Part shown: positions 1 to 10,831 of the stretch, one piece after another
Numbering within the stretch: the stretch's first letter is position 1
Layout of the letters: each line of letters starts with the position of its first letter
DNA from: a virus
Lineage: Duplodnaviria; Caudoviricetes
Strand: one strand, 5' to 3'
Length of the DNA stretch: 29,324 nucleotides
Virus record (IMG/VR): IMGVR_UViG_3300030330_001467
Span: 1 to 29,324 of that record
Translations under genes and position numbers: made by a program
Notes under the pieces: model-generated
What the model was told of the DNA's origin: nothing
The model's database searches: none
What the model saw: only the letters and a program-made list of their open reading frames with translations

Positions 1-136
1 TTAAGATTACAAGCATGGAAGAACAATGGTGGTGCATCACATACATATGATATTATAGATGCTTCAACTGAATTAGATACTTCAGGAACATCAGGAAATA
101 GATATATTACATTTTTATTACCTGCAAATGAGTTTG
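1..136. repeat. Terminal direct repeat, left copy (circular overlap)
   Basis: 1-136 matches 29189-29324 except T78 vs C29266, a synonymous GAT/GAC Asp codon. Confidence 0.97.
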
Positions 137-1485
137 TTTACTTGCCTAATAGTAGATGGTTGCAATATACACCATATCAACATGGAACAGCAGGTAATGT
201 AGAATCTGGTGCTTATTCTGACAATGGTGATATAGGAGTAGAACCTAAAGATATTAATAGTGGTAATGAATATGTTAATGTTACAGATTTTACAGATTCT
301 TCAGCAGAACTTGTTAATGATGGTAGTGTGGCAGCAACTACAACATCTATAACTGTAGATGATGGAAGTCAATATAAAACAGGTGATACTTTAAGATTAG
401 GTTCAGAAATTGTAGAAGTCATATCAGTATCTGGTAATGATTTAACTGTTCAAAGAGGTCTAGATGGCAGTACAGCAGCAGCAGTATCAGATGATACAAA
501 TATTACATGGGCATTTCATAATAGACTTTTAAGATATGATGTTGGCAAATGTGTAACTACAACTAATGGTTCTTTTAAACAAACTGGTGCTTTCTTTTCT
601 AAAGGTAGAACAAATGATGGTTTAATTGATGGACTTGTACCAGGTAGTGTTGCTATTGGTCCATTTTATAGTGAAGGTGGATATTTAGATTGGGGATTAT
701 CAAATGTTAAAGCATCTAGTGAAACTGGTTTAGCTGCAAGTACAGCATATGCTTTTGATTTAGTTTTAGATGAGTATAATGCTGATGGTAAAGATACAAC
801 TGCAACAGAAGCTACAATATCATTTACAACTGATTCATCAGATACAACATGGAATGGTTCTAGTAATGCTGTAATACCTAAAATACAAGCAGCCATAGAT
901 GATACATTTACATTTGTAGATGGTAATTTTGGAACAGGAACAGATTTACAAAAGAATAGAGGTGCTACAATAGGCATTGTTAATGGTGATATTAGAATAA
1001 CATCTAAATCTAATCATAGTGAAACAATAGTTGGTATATCTGCACCTGCATCTGGAACTACACCATTTGGTGTTGGCAGATTCCCTGATGAATCAAGTAG
1101 TGTTCCACAAGTGTTAGGTAGTTTAGTATCATCAGGTACTGATGGTATTATGTATGGACCTGCTTCAAGATTAGCTTTAGAAACTATTGATGACCCAAAA
1201 ACTGGTCAAACTTTAACAAATACAGATGCTTTTTTAATAGATGATGGTAATGGCAATTTATTACACAATGGTGTTGCTGTAGGAAAGATTGATTATGTTA
1301 CAGGACACACAGAATGGACTGCACCATTTTTATCAGCTGAATTTAAAGTATATGGTCAAACATATTCTGCTCATGCAGGTGGACTTAACTTTAGTTCACA
1401 AGGTAATAACTTTATAATTGAAGTTGGTGCAAGAAGTGTAAATCAAAAAAGCAAATCACAAATACAAGTAGTAGCATTAACATAA
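1..1485 (+). CDS. 3' part of an approximately 611-aa virion structural (tail fibre/appendage-like) protein that starts at 28838 and crosses the circular join
   Basis: Frame is open from base 1 and in frame with ATG 28838 through the repeat, so TTG 142 is not the true start. G/S/T/D-rich, with a TSITVDDGSQYKTGDTLRLGSEIVEVISVSGNDLTVQRG module typical of phage structural proteins. Confidence 0.7.
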   Translation, partial: LRLQAWKNNGGASHTYDIIDASTELDTSGTSGNRYITFLLPANEFVYLPNSRWLQYTPYQHGTAGNVESGAYSDNGDIGVEPKDINSGNEYVNVTDFTDSSAELVNDGSVAATTTSITVDDGSQYKTGDTLRLGSEIVEVISVSGNDLTVQRGLDGSTAAAVSDDTNITWAFHNRLLRYDVGKCVTTTNGSFKQTGAFFSKGRTNDGLIDGLVPGSVAIGPFYSEGGYLDWGLSNVKASSETGLAASTAYAFDLVLDEYNADGKDTTATEATISFTTDSSDTTWNGSSNAVIPKIQAAIDDTFTFVDGNFGTGTDLQKNRGATIGIVNGDIRITSKSNHSETIVGISAPASGTTPFGVGRFPDESSSVPQVLGSLVSSGTDGIMYGPASRLALETIDDPKTGQTLTNTDAFLIDDGNGNLLHNGVAVGKIDYVTGHTEWTAPFLSAEFKVYGQTYSAHAGGLNFSSQGNNFIIEVGARSVNQKSKSQIQVVALT

Positions 1486-1496
1486 GGATATAATAT

Positions 1497-2480
1497 ATGG
1501 CTTCAGATTTTAAATATGCAAGTATAGCAGACCTTACAAAATATTTTAATAGAGTTAGTGATTTTGATTCTAAAACACAAATATTTCCAACTCTAACATC
1601 TGGGAATCTTCATTTGTTTAGGGATTCTGGATATGCTGGACAATTATTTGTAAATGGAGAAGAATTAGCAGCAGCACAATCAACATCAGGTGCAGTTGAT
1701 TCCAATGGTGAATGGTTTTATAATAGTGATACAAATCAAGTGGAATATTATAACAGTAATTATTCATCAACTACAGTAAATGAACAAGTATTTGAAGTAG
1801 GTGTAGATTTTACTTCATTTTTAGAACAAGCATTAGTAGATGCTTCATTAGAACTTCATAATTATATAGATGCAAGATATTCAACACCAATAGAAAAATC
1901 AAAGCAAGTTGATATAAATACAAATCCAATTTCAATAAGTGAAGAATATGATGCAATTATAATTAAATCAGTATGTTATATAGCAGCATCAAATCTTATT
2001 AGAGCAAAAGAAGGTGCATCAGAAGAAGCTGATTATTTTTATAGTTTAGTAACTAATTCAGAAAGAACAGGTTTAATTGATAAATTAAATGATGGTATTT
2101 ATAAATTATCAAATGAAATAGATGCAAATGATAAAAAAGGAAAGATTTTATATAGAACTGTTACAGGAACTATGGATTTAGTAGAAATAGAAGGTGAATA
2201 TCATGGTGAAAAATATGATTTATTAAAAATAGAAGAACATACTACTGGTGCATATGGAACTGGAAAGTTTACTGTTAGTTATTATGGTAATGATCAGCTA
2301 CATGGTAAAACATCTGATGCAGAAGTTATTACAGGTGGATTGCAACATATACATAGTGGAATATATGGTAGGTTTCAAGGTGCATCTATGGGTGATGGCT
2401 CAACTTGGTATATAGAAGTGTATGGAAGTCATGTTAAACAAACAAATAAAAGCAATTTTACTATAGATATGGTTAGATAA
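1497..2480 (+). CDS. Head-tail connector/adaptor-like protein with additional domains
   Basis: YASIADL N-terminus and LEQALVDASLELHNYIDARYSTPI...IIIKSVCYIAASNL resemble the Mu gp36/HK97 gp6 adaptor pattern; SD AAGGA; lies before the tail genes. Confidence 0.6.
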   Translation: MASDFKYASIADLTKYFNRVSDFDSKTQIFPTLTSGNLHLFRDSGYAGQLFVNGEELAAAQSTSGAVDSNGEWFYNSDTNQVEYYNSNYSSTTVNEQVFEVGVDFTSFLEQALVDASLELHNYIDARYSTPIEKSKQVDINTNPISISEEYDAIIIKSVCYIAASNLIRAKEGASEEADYFYSLVTNSERTGLIDKLNDGIYKLSNEIDANDKKGKILYRTVTGTMDLVEIEGEYHGEKYDLLKIEEHTTGAYGTGKFTVSYYGNDQLHGKTSDAEVITGGLQHIHSGIYGRFQGASMGDGSTWYIEVYGSHVKQTNKSNFTIDMVR

Positions 2481-2914
2481 TGGCAGTTACCTATACAAAC
2501 AACTGGAAAAACATATTAACAGCATTAATGAGCAAAATTAAAGCAGAAATGAAATGTCCAGTATTTAGCAATGATTATCTTGATACAAAAGCTAATCAGT
2601 TTATTAAGATAAAACCAGTTGGATCAACACAAGTTGATAAAGCAACACATATGGAAGTAAGAGAATTTAATTTAGAAGTACAATACTATTTTTTAGATAG
2701 AAAGAATGCAGATTTTCAGAATTATGTATTAAACCAAGTAAGTATATTAGAAGCATTAGTGCATGATAACATAACTTTAACATTAGCAGATTCTACAAAA
2801 CTTGTTAATGTTAGCTTGAATACTTTAGAACTAGATGTAGAAGCAGAAGGTTATGAAGATTACTTTGTAGCACAATGGGATTTAACTGGAACACATTTTG
2901 GGAATGTAGCATAA
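2480..2914 (+). CDS. Putative tail terminator/completion protein
   Basis: 144 aa, acidic, alpha/beta pattern, between adaptor and tail tube; TAATG coupling. Confidence 0.5.
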   Translation: MAVTYTNNWKNILTALMSKIKAEMKCPVFSNDYLDTKANQFIKIKPVGSTQVDKATHMEVREFNLEVQYYFLDRKNADFQNYVLNQVSILEALVHDNITLTLADSTKLVNVSLNTLELDVEAEGYEDYFVAQWDLTGTHFGNVA

Positions 2915-2922
2915 GGAGATAT

Positions 2923-3123
2923 ATGAAAGTAAAAGCAATAATAGAAAAATTTAGCAGGTTACAAGCACAAGCTATACCTACTAGTAAAAAAGATAGAAAA
3001 GACCTTTTAAAGGGCAAATCTGTTGAAATAGATGATGTTCTAGGCAATACTTTAATAGGTTGGAACATTGTAAAAAAAGTAATAAATAAAAAAACTAAAA
3101 AAAATACTAAAGGAGATAAATAA
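2923..3123 (+). CDS. Small basic hypothetical protein (66 aa)
   Basis: SD AAGGAG precedes ATG 2923, a better start than 2875; stop overlaps the tail tube ATG. Confidence 0.65.
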   Translation: MKVKAIIEKFSRLQAQAIPTSKKDRKDLLKGKSVEIDDVLGNTLIGWNIVKKVINKKTKKNTKGDK

Positions 3124-4220
3124 TGGCAGATGCTAGAGTTCTTCCTATTAGTGATGTTAAAATAGGTATAAAAGCAGAAACTTCATCAAATGGATTTGGT
3201 GTAGGTATTGATTCATCTGGAAATGATGGAACAGCATATAGGCAGTTACCTGTAGTACAGGCTTCTAAACCTACATTTAATATTACAAGGGAATCAAGAT
3301 TATTATCAGGTAGAGGAACTGTTAAAAATGCAGCAGATACAGTTATTAATATGCAAGGTGGAACTGTAACTACACCATTTGAAATGATTGCTACACCTAA
3401 ATTATTAGTTCAACATTTAATATTAGTTGGTCAAGAATTTTCTAAATCATCATCAGGAAGTAATGCAGTTTATGAAATAGAATTTGATGGTTCTAGTAAT
3501 AAAACTTCAGTTGGTGCTACAATTTCAAGTGGTTTGCCACATAGTGTAAATTTGGCATATTATCCTGCTGCTGGTGAAGGTATTAAAGTATGTGGTAATG
3601 TTGTTTCAGATTTAGCATTAGCATGGGATTATGGAACTAATGGTGGAAACTTAACTATGAGTGGTAACTATTTTTCTGGATTTTCAAAACCTGTATCAAC
3701 TTCTTCATGTTTAGAACAAACATTTGATGGTACATGGGTAGCACCTGAATCAAGTTATTTTAATATTGGTGGTTTGACTACTAAAACATTAGATGTTGAA
3801 GGTAATACTACACAAGCATTGGTTTTAAAATCATTTAATTTAAATATTGCAAATGGTGTTAATAGAATTGGTTTTGATTCTAATGGAAATGCAGAAGCAT
3901 ATGCTTTACCAGAATATGCAATTACTGGTGATATTACAATTAAATATGATGATGAATTTGATTATGGTTCAGGTAATAATGTAATTCAAGATTTTCTTGA
4001 TGGTGATACAATGTCATTAGCATTGGTTTCAGGTGATGGCACAGTAAGTTCATCAGGTGAAATGAATATTAATTGTGAGATTCAATATACTGGTGACCCA
4101 TCACAAGATATATCAGAAAATGGAATCTTCCATACTTTACCATTTGAATGTGTGCAAAACAGTTCAACAGAAGCCTGTAAAATAACTGTACATAGTGGTG
4201 AAGATGAAAGTGATATGTAA
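3123..4220 (+). CDS. Major tail tube protein
   Basis: 365 aa, beta-rich and G/S/T-rich; LKSFNLNIANGVNRIG...AITGDITIKYD tube-like motif; directly upstream of the chaperone and tape measure genes. Confidence 0.75.
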   Translation: MADARVLPISDVKIGIKAETSSNGFGVGIDSSGNDGTAYRQLPVVQASKPTFNITRESRLLSGRGTVKNAADTVINMQGGTVTTPFEMIATPKLLVQHLILVGQEFSKSSSGSNAVYEIEFDGSSNKTSVGATISSGLPHSVNLAYYPAAGEGIKVCGNVVSDLALAWDYGTNGGNLTMSGNYFSGFSKPVSTSSCLEQTFDGTWVAPESSYFNIGGLTTKTLDVEGNTTQALVLKSFNLNIANGVNRIGFDSNGNAEAYALPEYAITGDITIKYDDEFDYGSGNNVIQDFLDGDTMSLALVSGDGTVSSSGEMNINCEIQYTGDPSQDISENGIFHTLPFECVQNSSTEACKITVHSGEDESDM

Positions 4221-4244
4221 GAAATAAAATAAGGTAAGAAGAAT

Positions 4245-4517
4245 ATGGATAGTAAGGTAAAAATCAAAGGTGATGATTTTGAATTTGAATGTGATTTAAA
4301 AACTATAACACTTGATGATAGAAAAGAGTTAAGAGTTTTATTTCATAAATTAAATAATAAGAAGTATATAGAAGAAAATGGATACTTTCCTGTATCAGTA
4401 GAAATAATACAAAAATCTACTGTTATGTCTGATGAACAGATTAATGAACTAACTGATGCAGAAATCTATGCTTTAGCATTAGAAATCATTAATTTGCAGA
4501 ATAAAAAAAAAGTATAG
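4245..4517 (+). CDS. Tail assembly chaperone (lambda gpG-like)
   Basis: 90 aa between tube and tape measure; ends in a slippery A9 run at 4503-4511. Confidence 0.7.
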   Translation: MDSKVKIKGDDFEFECDLKTITLDDRKELRVLFHKLNNKKYIEENGYFPVSVEIIQKSTVMSDEQINELTDAEIYALALEIINLQNKKKV

Positions 4518-4933
4518 ATAGAATACTTCTTTTAATAAATATATGGATTTCATACAAGAGTTTGACAAATCAAGGCTATAATGGTTTTGATTTTCCTTAT
4601 ATAGCATTATCACCTGTAACTGGAACACAGAAAGAATTTAAAGATATGGATGATGTTTATACAGAACTTGAAACATGCTATGAAGAACTCATCAATAAAA
4701 ATGTTGGTGCTTTAGGTGAAACTTTATATATAGAACATTTCTATTTTTGTAATACATATGATTTAATTGATACTGACATACAAGATTATATTAAGAAATA
4801 TAATTTTTCAAAGAAATTTAATATTCCACCATACCCATCAATACAAGAAATCCCTGCAAATGAGTTTGATATTTATACAGAAATAGCAAATGAAATAGAC
4901 AATATAGAACAATCTAACAAGAGGAATGATTAA
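4505..4933 (+). CDS. Tail assembly chaperone extension (gpT-like), probably expressed by -1 frameshift
   Basis: The -1 frame is open from 4505 (after TAA 4502-4504) to 4933; it has only a weak TTG start at 4562. Confidence 0.65.
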   Translation, partial: KKSIDRILLLINIWISYKSLTNQGYNGFDFPYIALSPVTGTQKEFKDMDDVYTELETCYEELINKNVGALGETLYIEHFYFCNTYDLIDTDIQDYIKKYNFSKKFNIPPYPSIQEIPANEFDIYTEIANEIDNIEQSNKRND

Positions 4934-6684
4934 TGGCTTCTAGTAAATATTTAATTGATATACAGACCAAAGGTGCAAAACAATCTGAAAAGCAAATTAA
5001 AGGTGTGAATGCTTCACTTGGTGGTCTTGCTAAAAAAGCAGGTGCAGCAGCAGCAGCATACTTTGGCACACAGGCATTATTAGCTGGAATAAAATCATCA
5101 GTTGAATTATTTGCAAAACAAGAAGAAGCTGAAAAGAAATTAAGGTTTGCTGCTGGTGATATGACCAATGCCTTACTAAAACAGGCAAGTGCTTTGCAAG
5201 AAGTTACAAGGTTTGGTGATGAAGCAATAATAGCACAACAAGCATATCTTGCAAGTTTAGGTTTTTCACAAGATCAAATAGAAGATACAATATCTGCATC
5301 AGTGGATTTAGCAGCAGCTACAGGAATGACACTTGAAAGTGCTGTAATGAATACAGCAAAAACATTAAGTGGTATGGCAGGTGAACTTGGTGAAAAACTT
5401 TCTCCTGCATTTAGAGCATTAACACCAGAAGCATTAAAAGCAGGTGAAGGTATTAAATTTATAGCAGATCAATTTGCAGGTACTGCACAAGCAGATGCAA
5501 CATCATTAGCTGGAACTTTAGACCAAATGAGGAATGCTTTAGGTGATGCAGGTGAAGCTGTTGGTGAAGTTTTAGCACCTGCTATAATAGTATTAGCAAA
5601 TGTTGTTAAAAATGCAGCAGAATCTTTTCAATCTTTAGTATTTTGGCAAGATGAATTAGAATCAAGAATTAATGCACAGGTTACTATTGTTGATGAAGCA
5701 ACAGCAAAATATAAAGATTATACAGATGCTGTTTCTGGATTTACAAAAACACAAATTTTACAAGAATTAGCAGAATTTGGAGTACAACTAGATGGAACTG
5801 CTGAATCTACACAAAATGCTTTAAATGAGTTTAGAAATTTAACTTTAGAATTAGAAAATAATAAACAAAACTATGATGGTATCACTATGTCTTTATCAGA
5901 AATGATGACACCATTTGATGAAATGCCAATACAATTTCAACAAGTAAATGAAGAAACTTCAAATTGGAATAACAGTATTTTATTATTATTAGAATTATTA
6001 GCACAGATGCCTGATAGTATGGAAACTACAAAAGAATCTTTTGATTCATATCTAGCAGCACAAGAAGAATCTGCAAAAGCACAAGAAAAAGAAAATGAAT
6101 TAATGCAAAAGCATAGTGAACTAACTGTTCAACAGTTAAAAGATAGAAACTTGATGGCTTTAGCAAGAAAGAAAGAAGCAGAAAATAAATTAGAAGAAGA
6201 AAAAGCTGATAAAAAAACTACTGATAGCATCTTGAAGATGATAGGTAAAAAAGATGATATGATTGCAGAATCATTTATAACAGGCAAGGGAATAAAAATT
6301 AAAGAAGCAGCAGCAGATGCAGCAGCTATGGCAAGTAGAGCATATAAAGCATTAGCTGGAATACCAATAGTTGGACCAGCTTTAGGTGCAGCAGCAGGTG
6401 CAGCAGCATTTGCTTTTGGTATGAAACAAGTTGGTATTATTAAAAGTTTTGCTACTGGTGGTAGCTTTACTACTTCAGGTCCAGAATTAATTTTAGTAGG
6501 TGATAATCCAAGTGGTAGAGAACAAGTTGATGTAACACCATTAGGTGTAAATGAAGAAGCAACAGGATCAGGACAAAATATTGTTCTTAATATATCAAAT
6601 CCTATAATGACAGATACTTTTGTTGAAGAAAGCATAATCCCATCTATAAGAGAAGGTTTAAGATTAGGAGAATCACTTGATTAA
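4933..6684 (+). CDS. Tape measure protein
   Basis: 583 aa, Ala-rich and helical, hydrophobic AAAGAAAFAFG segments, C-terminal FATGGSFTTSGPELILVGDNPSGRE motif; follows the chaperone pair. Confidence 0.85.
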   Translation: MASSKYLIDIQTKGAKQSEKQIKGVNASLGGLAKKAGAAAAAYFGTQALLAGIKSSVELFAKQEEAEKKLRFAAGDMTNALLKQASALQEVTRFGDEAIIAQQAYLASLGFSQDQIEDTISASVDLAAATGMTLESAVMNTAKTLSGMAGELGEKLSPAFRALTPEALKAGEGIKFIADQFAGTAQADATSLAGTLDQMRNALGDAGEAVGEVLAPAIIVLANVVKNAAESFQSLVFWQDELESRINAQVTIVDEATAKYKDYTDAVSGFTKTQILQELAEFGVQLDGTAESTQNALNEFRNLTLELENNKQNYDGITMSLSEMMTPFDEMPIQFQQVNEETSNWNNSILLLLELLAQMPDSMETTKESFDSYLAAQEESAKAQEKENELMQKHSELTVQQLKDRNLMALARKKEAENKLEEEKADKKTTDSILKMIGKKDDMIAESFITGKGIKIKEAAADAAAMASRAYKALAGIPIVGPALGAAAGAAAFAFGMKQVGIIKSFATGGSFTTSGPELILVGDNPSGREQVDVTPLGVNEEATGSGQNIVLNISNPIMTDTFVEESIIPSIREGLRLGESLD

Positions 6685-9600
6685 TCTTTCTAAATATTTT
6701 AAACAAGATATTATAGATACTAATCAAGTTTTAAAACCTATAATAAGATTAGTTGCAGGTGGTACTGCATATTATTTTGCATTAGATACTGAAAAGTTTA
6801 TAAGAAGAACTACAATCTTTAATGTGCCAGATAATACAGATAGAATACCACTTCCATGTATAGATAAAGTATCAAATGTTAAAGTATCATCTGATTTTGA
6901 TAGTAAAAAATTAAAAATAAATAGATTAAGAGTAACATTAGCTAATCATTATGATTTAAACACAAAGCTATCTGAATATATGCCAACAAACATTATTAAT
7001 AGCACATTACAACTTTTCTACAAATCACCAACAACTACTACTATAAATACACATGATAATACAGATTATGATATGCCATTAATATTTGAAGGTGAAATAA
7101 GTAGAATAAATATTAATGATACTAAAATAGATTTGACAATAGAAGATAGAACACAAATTAAAATAGCAGATAAAAGTGTTCCTTATATGTCTATAGATAA
7201 ATTAGACCAAAATATAAAAGATGGAGTATTAGAAAAATATAAAAAAGACACAAATACTGTACCAATGACATTTGGTATGGTAGATAAAGCACCTATTTTG
7301 CCATATTTGGAACAAAGTAGTGATAGAATGCTTAATATTTTATTTGATGTACAGCCAACTTCATCTAGTCATAAAACAGCTAAAATACCTTCATTATTAG
7401 ATTCTATGCCAAATAACTATAATAATACTTTATATATAAAATCTTCAAATGATTATATAATTTGGGAACATGAAGTTGATGGTAATACTTTAAAATTTCA
7501 TAATCAATTTATGCCAAAGTTTATTGTATTTAATTCTAATGGTTCAACAGGAAATTATTTATTGCCAGAATTGCAATCAGCAGTACAAACTAATATAGAT
7601 TTTGGTTTATGGTCAGTTAATGGATTGTTTCAAAGAAAAGTAAAAGCAGCATATGCTTCTGATGGAAGTATATTAGATGTTGCTGATCTTAACACAGAAG
7701 ATATTACTAATACTGAATTTGAAAATATTGAAAGTGTACATAATCATGGTAATAAAGACAATGTATGGTATAGAAGTGGTGATACTATACAAAGTTTAAA
7801 TGACAATTTTGATACAGGATTAAAAAATTATCCATCAGATAGTGATTATGCTACAGGAAGATGGATAGTATTAAAATTAGATGAAGGTATAAGTAACAAC
7901 TTATTAACTTATAGAATTGATGGTATTAGAGTTGGTAATACAATTATGTTAGCTGATTATAATCTATACCAGAATGAAGATGAAAATGCAGATACACCAA
8001 ATGCAACATCATTACCTGATGAAGCTGAACAAACTGGATTTTTTGTTGCACCAATAGCAGAAGATGTTTGGAAAAATTTAGTTACACCTTTATTAGGAAG
8101 TAATTTATCAGCACAAGTTAAATATCAATGTATTTTAAATGCTCTATTATCACAAACTGATGACCATATTGGTGATGCAGAAGATTTTATAGATGATGAT
8201 GAACCAGAATTAATAGAAAATACTTTGGTTGATAATATTAATGTTTATGAAAATGCACCAATATATTTAGATAAAAATTTACATACAGATGGATCAAGTA
8301 AGTTCTGGGGAAGTGTTGGATATAACAATGGGTTAAACAATTTGCAACAATGGAAAACTATTAATGGTTTATATTATGGTGATACTGGTGCATTTGGTAA
8401 TGTACTATCAAATGAAGCTAATTCACATGGAAGTATTGCAATATATGAGTATTTTCCACCTTATTGGAAAAATGTAAATTCATATCAACAAGGTTTAAGA
8501 ATGAATAATATTGGTTTTTTACAATCAGTATTAGTTGAAGATGTACAACAAGAAGAAATATATGCTTCAATAACTGGTAGGAGAAATCAGTTTTACACAG
8601 CACAAATGGATTATAGCTTTGTTCCAGAAATAGATATTACAGAAGAACCAGAAGAAATTTTATATACTGATATTAGAGCAGGTGAAGATGGAACTTTTAC
8701 TATGATGGATGAAAGAATATTATATATTATATTACAATATTGGTTTAAAAATGCACATGATGCTTGGTTTGCAGACCAACTAGCTTATAATCCTGATAAT
8801 CCAATAGAGCAACAATTATCATGCAATAATACTGCAAGTGTTGAAGAAAATAATGAGTTTGTAAATAATTTTGTAAATTTTTCTAATTCTGAATATTTTT
8901 TAGAAGAACTATTTAGTCCTGCATATGATTGGACAGGACATAATTTAGGTAATTATATTACAATAGAAGATATGCAAAATCTTTCAAACTTTGATGATAG
9001 TCCTTTTCATAAATCAATGTATTTTTTTAAAAATTATATAGCAAGATTAGCTTTGTTACCATTAAAATTTTTACAAACTTTCAATGCTGTACAATATGCT
9101 TATGAAGTTAATCAAGCTGTTTCACCAAGTTATTGGTTAGCTAATAGCCCATTAGTAAGTCATGTTGTTTCTTTTTGGAATATGGCTAGACCTTTAACTA
9201 AACACTTATATACATATACATATTATGCTGGACAAGATTATGACCAATTTACTGATTTTTCTTATTCTGGTGGTAATGTAGAATATAGTTTGACACTTTA
9301 TCATTTACCTGTTGAAACAAGTGGAATATGGGATGTTACTTATTATACTATATTTAATTTATATAATGTTACTTCTGTTGGTTCATATGATATTAATACT
9401 TTAGATGATTGGATTGATAATTTATATTTACATTTTGATAATTTTTCTTATAATTTTATGAAAAAATTACATCAAGGTGTTTATAACAATCTTCAATGGT
9501 TGAATATTACAGAAGTAGATTATTCAAATATTGATGAACTTATAACTTATTATCCATTTGCAGGTGGATTATCATATTTAGAAGGAAGTGAATTATCTAT

Positions 9601-10831
9601 AGAATATTTAAGAAATAATTTATTGTTTTTACATGGTGTTGAACAAATAGAAGAACAAGAAACATCAACAGAAGGTATTATACAAAAACCATCAGATATA
9701 GTTATGAATATTTTAACAACAGAAATGGGATATGCAAAGTATGATGAAAATCAAGTACAAGGAAATGAAACAATAATACCAGATTATAACCAATATGATA
9801 TTGATTCTATAGAAGTATCAAGACAAGCACATTCTGCATATAAGATGGGATTCAGTATAGATAAAAAAACTGATGGTAAAAAATTAATAGAAAATATTTT
9901 AAAAGAATCTAAATCATATCCAAGATTTTCAAGTGATGGCAGGTTTGGTTTAATTACAATAAAAGAATCATATACTTATGATGATATTGATATTATAATT
10001 GATACTAAAGATATTATAGCATATAAGTTTAGTCAAAGCAAAAGAGAAGATATACTTACATCAGGAAAATTCTTTTATAGATATGATAATGGTCAAAACA
10101 ATTATCCAATGTATATAGAAAAATCTATATCTAACATAATGCCAAGCTATACTGGATTTGATGATTATAATCTTACATCTAGTGATACACATAAAGAAAT
10201 CAATTTAAGATACCATGTTGATACAGGAACAGTTGAAAATTTTGCAAGATATACATTATTAAATAATTGTAATCCACACAATCAAATAGAAATGACACTA
10301 CCATTAAAATATATGGAAATGTCAGTTGGTACAATAATTCATTTGCCATTAATTAAAAAAGAAAAGATATTTAATATAGATTATAGTGTAGTTGATAATG
10401 CTGCTGGTCAGCCTACTTATCCATTATGGATCATAATGGAAACTAACATTGGTGCAAATGATTTTAGAATCAAAGCAGTACAGCTACATTATTTAGGTAC
10501 TGATGGCAATCATGGTTTTGTTTTCCCTAATGGTGAATATGAAGTATTAGGTTGTATGAATGAATATAATACAACATATCCTACAATTAAAAACTGGAAC
10601 TATAATAGATATGCAACACAGCATAATGGAATAGAAATACCTTATTTTGATATTAATGGTGATGGTGTTATTGATGTTGTTGATTTAGTAGCATTAGTAA
10701 ATATGATTTTAACAGATAATTATTCACAAGCTGAACTTGCTAGAGGTAATGTTAATGGTGGTGCTGTAGATGTTGTTGATTTAGTTAATATGGTTAACAC
10801 AATAATTACATTAGGTGCAAATAATGAGTAA
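6677..10831 (+). CDS. Large tail tip/hub protein with C-terminal dockerin-like (duplicated Ca-binding) domain
   Basis: 1384 aa after the TMP; TTG start with SD AGGAG; PLIFEGEISRI, VPMTFG and IQKPSDIVMNIL tail-hub-like motifs; C-terminal DINGDGVIDVVDLVALVNMIL...GNVNGGAVDVVDLVNMVNTI. Confidence 0.75.
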   Translation: MINLSKYFKQDIIDTNQVLKPIIRLVAGGTAYYFALDTEKFIRRTTIFNVPDNTDRIPLPCIDKVSNVKVSSDFDSKKLKINRLRVTLANHYDLNTKLSEYMPTNIINSTLQLFYKSPTTTTINTHDNTDYDMPLIFEGEISRININDTKIDLTIEDRTQIKIADKSVPYMSIDKLDQNIKDGVLEKYKKDTNTVPMTFGMVDKAPILPYLEQSSDRMLNILFDVQPTSSSHKTAKIPSLLDSMPNNYNNTLYIKSSNDYIIWEHEVDGNTLKFHNQFMPKFIVFNSNGSTGNYLLPELQSAVQTNIDFGLWSVNGLFQRKVKAAYASDGSILDVADLNTEDITNTEFENIESVHNHGNKDNVWYRSGDTIQSLNDNFDTGLKNYPSDSDYATGRWIVLKLDEGISNNLLTYRIDGIRVGNTIMLADYNLYQNEDENADTPNATSLPDEAEQTGFFVAPIAEDVWKNLVTPLLGSNLSAQVKYQCILNALLSQTDDHIGDAEDFIDDDEPELIENTLVDNINVYENAPIYLDKNLHTDGSSKFWGSVGYNNGLNNLQQWKTINGLYYGDTGAFGNVLSNEANSHGSIAIYEYFPPYWKNVNSYQQGLRMNNIGFLQSVLVEDVQQEEIYASITGRRNQFYTAQMDYSFVPEIDITEEPEEILYTDIRAGEDGTFTMMDERILYIILQYWFKNAHDAWFADQLAYNPDNPIEQQLSCNNTASVEENNEFVNNFVNFSNSEYFLEELFSPAYDWTGHNLGNYITIEDMQNLSNFDDSPFHKSMYFFKNYIARLALLPLKFLQTFNAVQYAYEVNQAVSPSYWLANSPLVSHVVSFWNMARPLTKHLYTYTYYAGQDYDQFTDFSYSGGNVEYSLTLYHLPVETSGIWDVTYYTIFNLYNVTSVGSYDINTLDDWIDNLYLHFDNFSYNFMKKLHQGVYNNLQWLNITEVDYSNIDELITYYPFAGGLSYLEGSELSIEYLRNNLLFLHGVEQIEEQETSTEGIIQKPSDIVMNILTTEMGYAKYDENQVQGNETIIPDYNQYDIDSIEVSRQAHSAYKMGFSIDKKTDGKKLIENILKESKSYPRFSSDGRFGLITIKESYTYDDIDIIIDTKDIIAYKFSQSKREDILTSGKFFYRYDNGQNNYPMYIEKSISNIMPSYTGFDDYNLTSSDTHKEINLRYHVDTGTVENFARYTLLNNCNPHNQIEMTLPLKYMEMSVGTIIHLPLIKKEKIFNIDYSVVDNAAGQPTYPLWIIMETNIGANDFRIKAVQLHYLGTDGNHGFVFPNGEYEVLGCMNEYNTTYPTIKNWNYNRYATQHNGIEIPYFDINGDGVIDVVDLVALVNMILTDNYSQAELARGNVNGGAVDVVDLVNMVNTIITLGANNE

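Noticed and set aside
1-136. Terminal repeat as a physical T7-like DTR
   Set aside because: It falls mid-gene, which fits assembly overlap of a circular or permuted genome better
4853-4868. 16-bp CCTGCAAATGAGTTTG identical to 121-136 and the last 16 bases of the window
   Set aside because: A single short match in an AT-rich genome, encoding PANEF in both genes; with no integrase or invertase to make it an att site, chance is plausible
5030-6410. GCA trinucleotide runs in the tape measure gene
   Set aside because: Explained by poly-Ala coding with GCA preference
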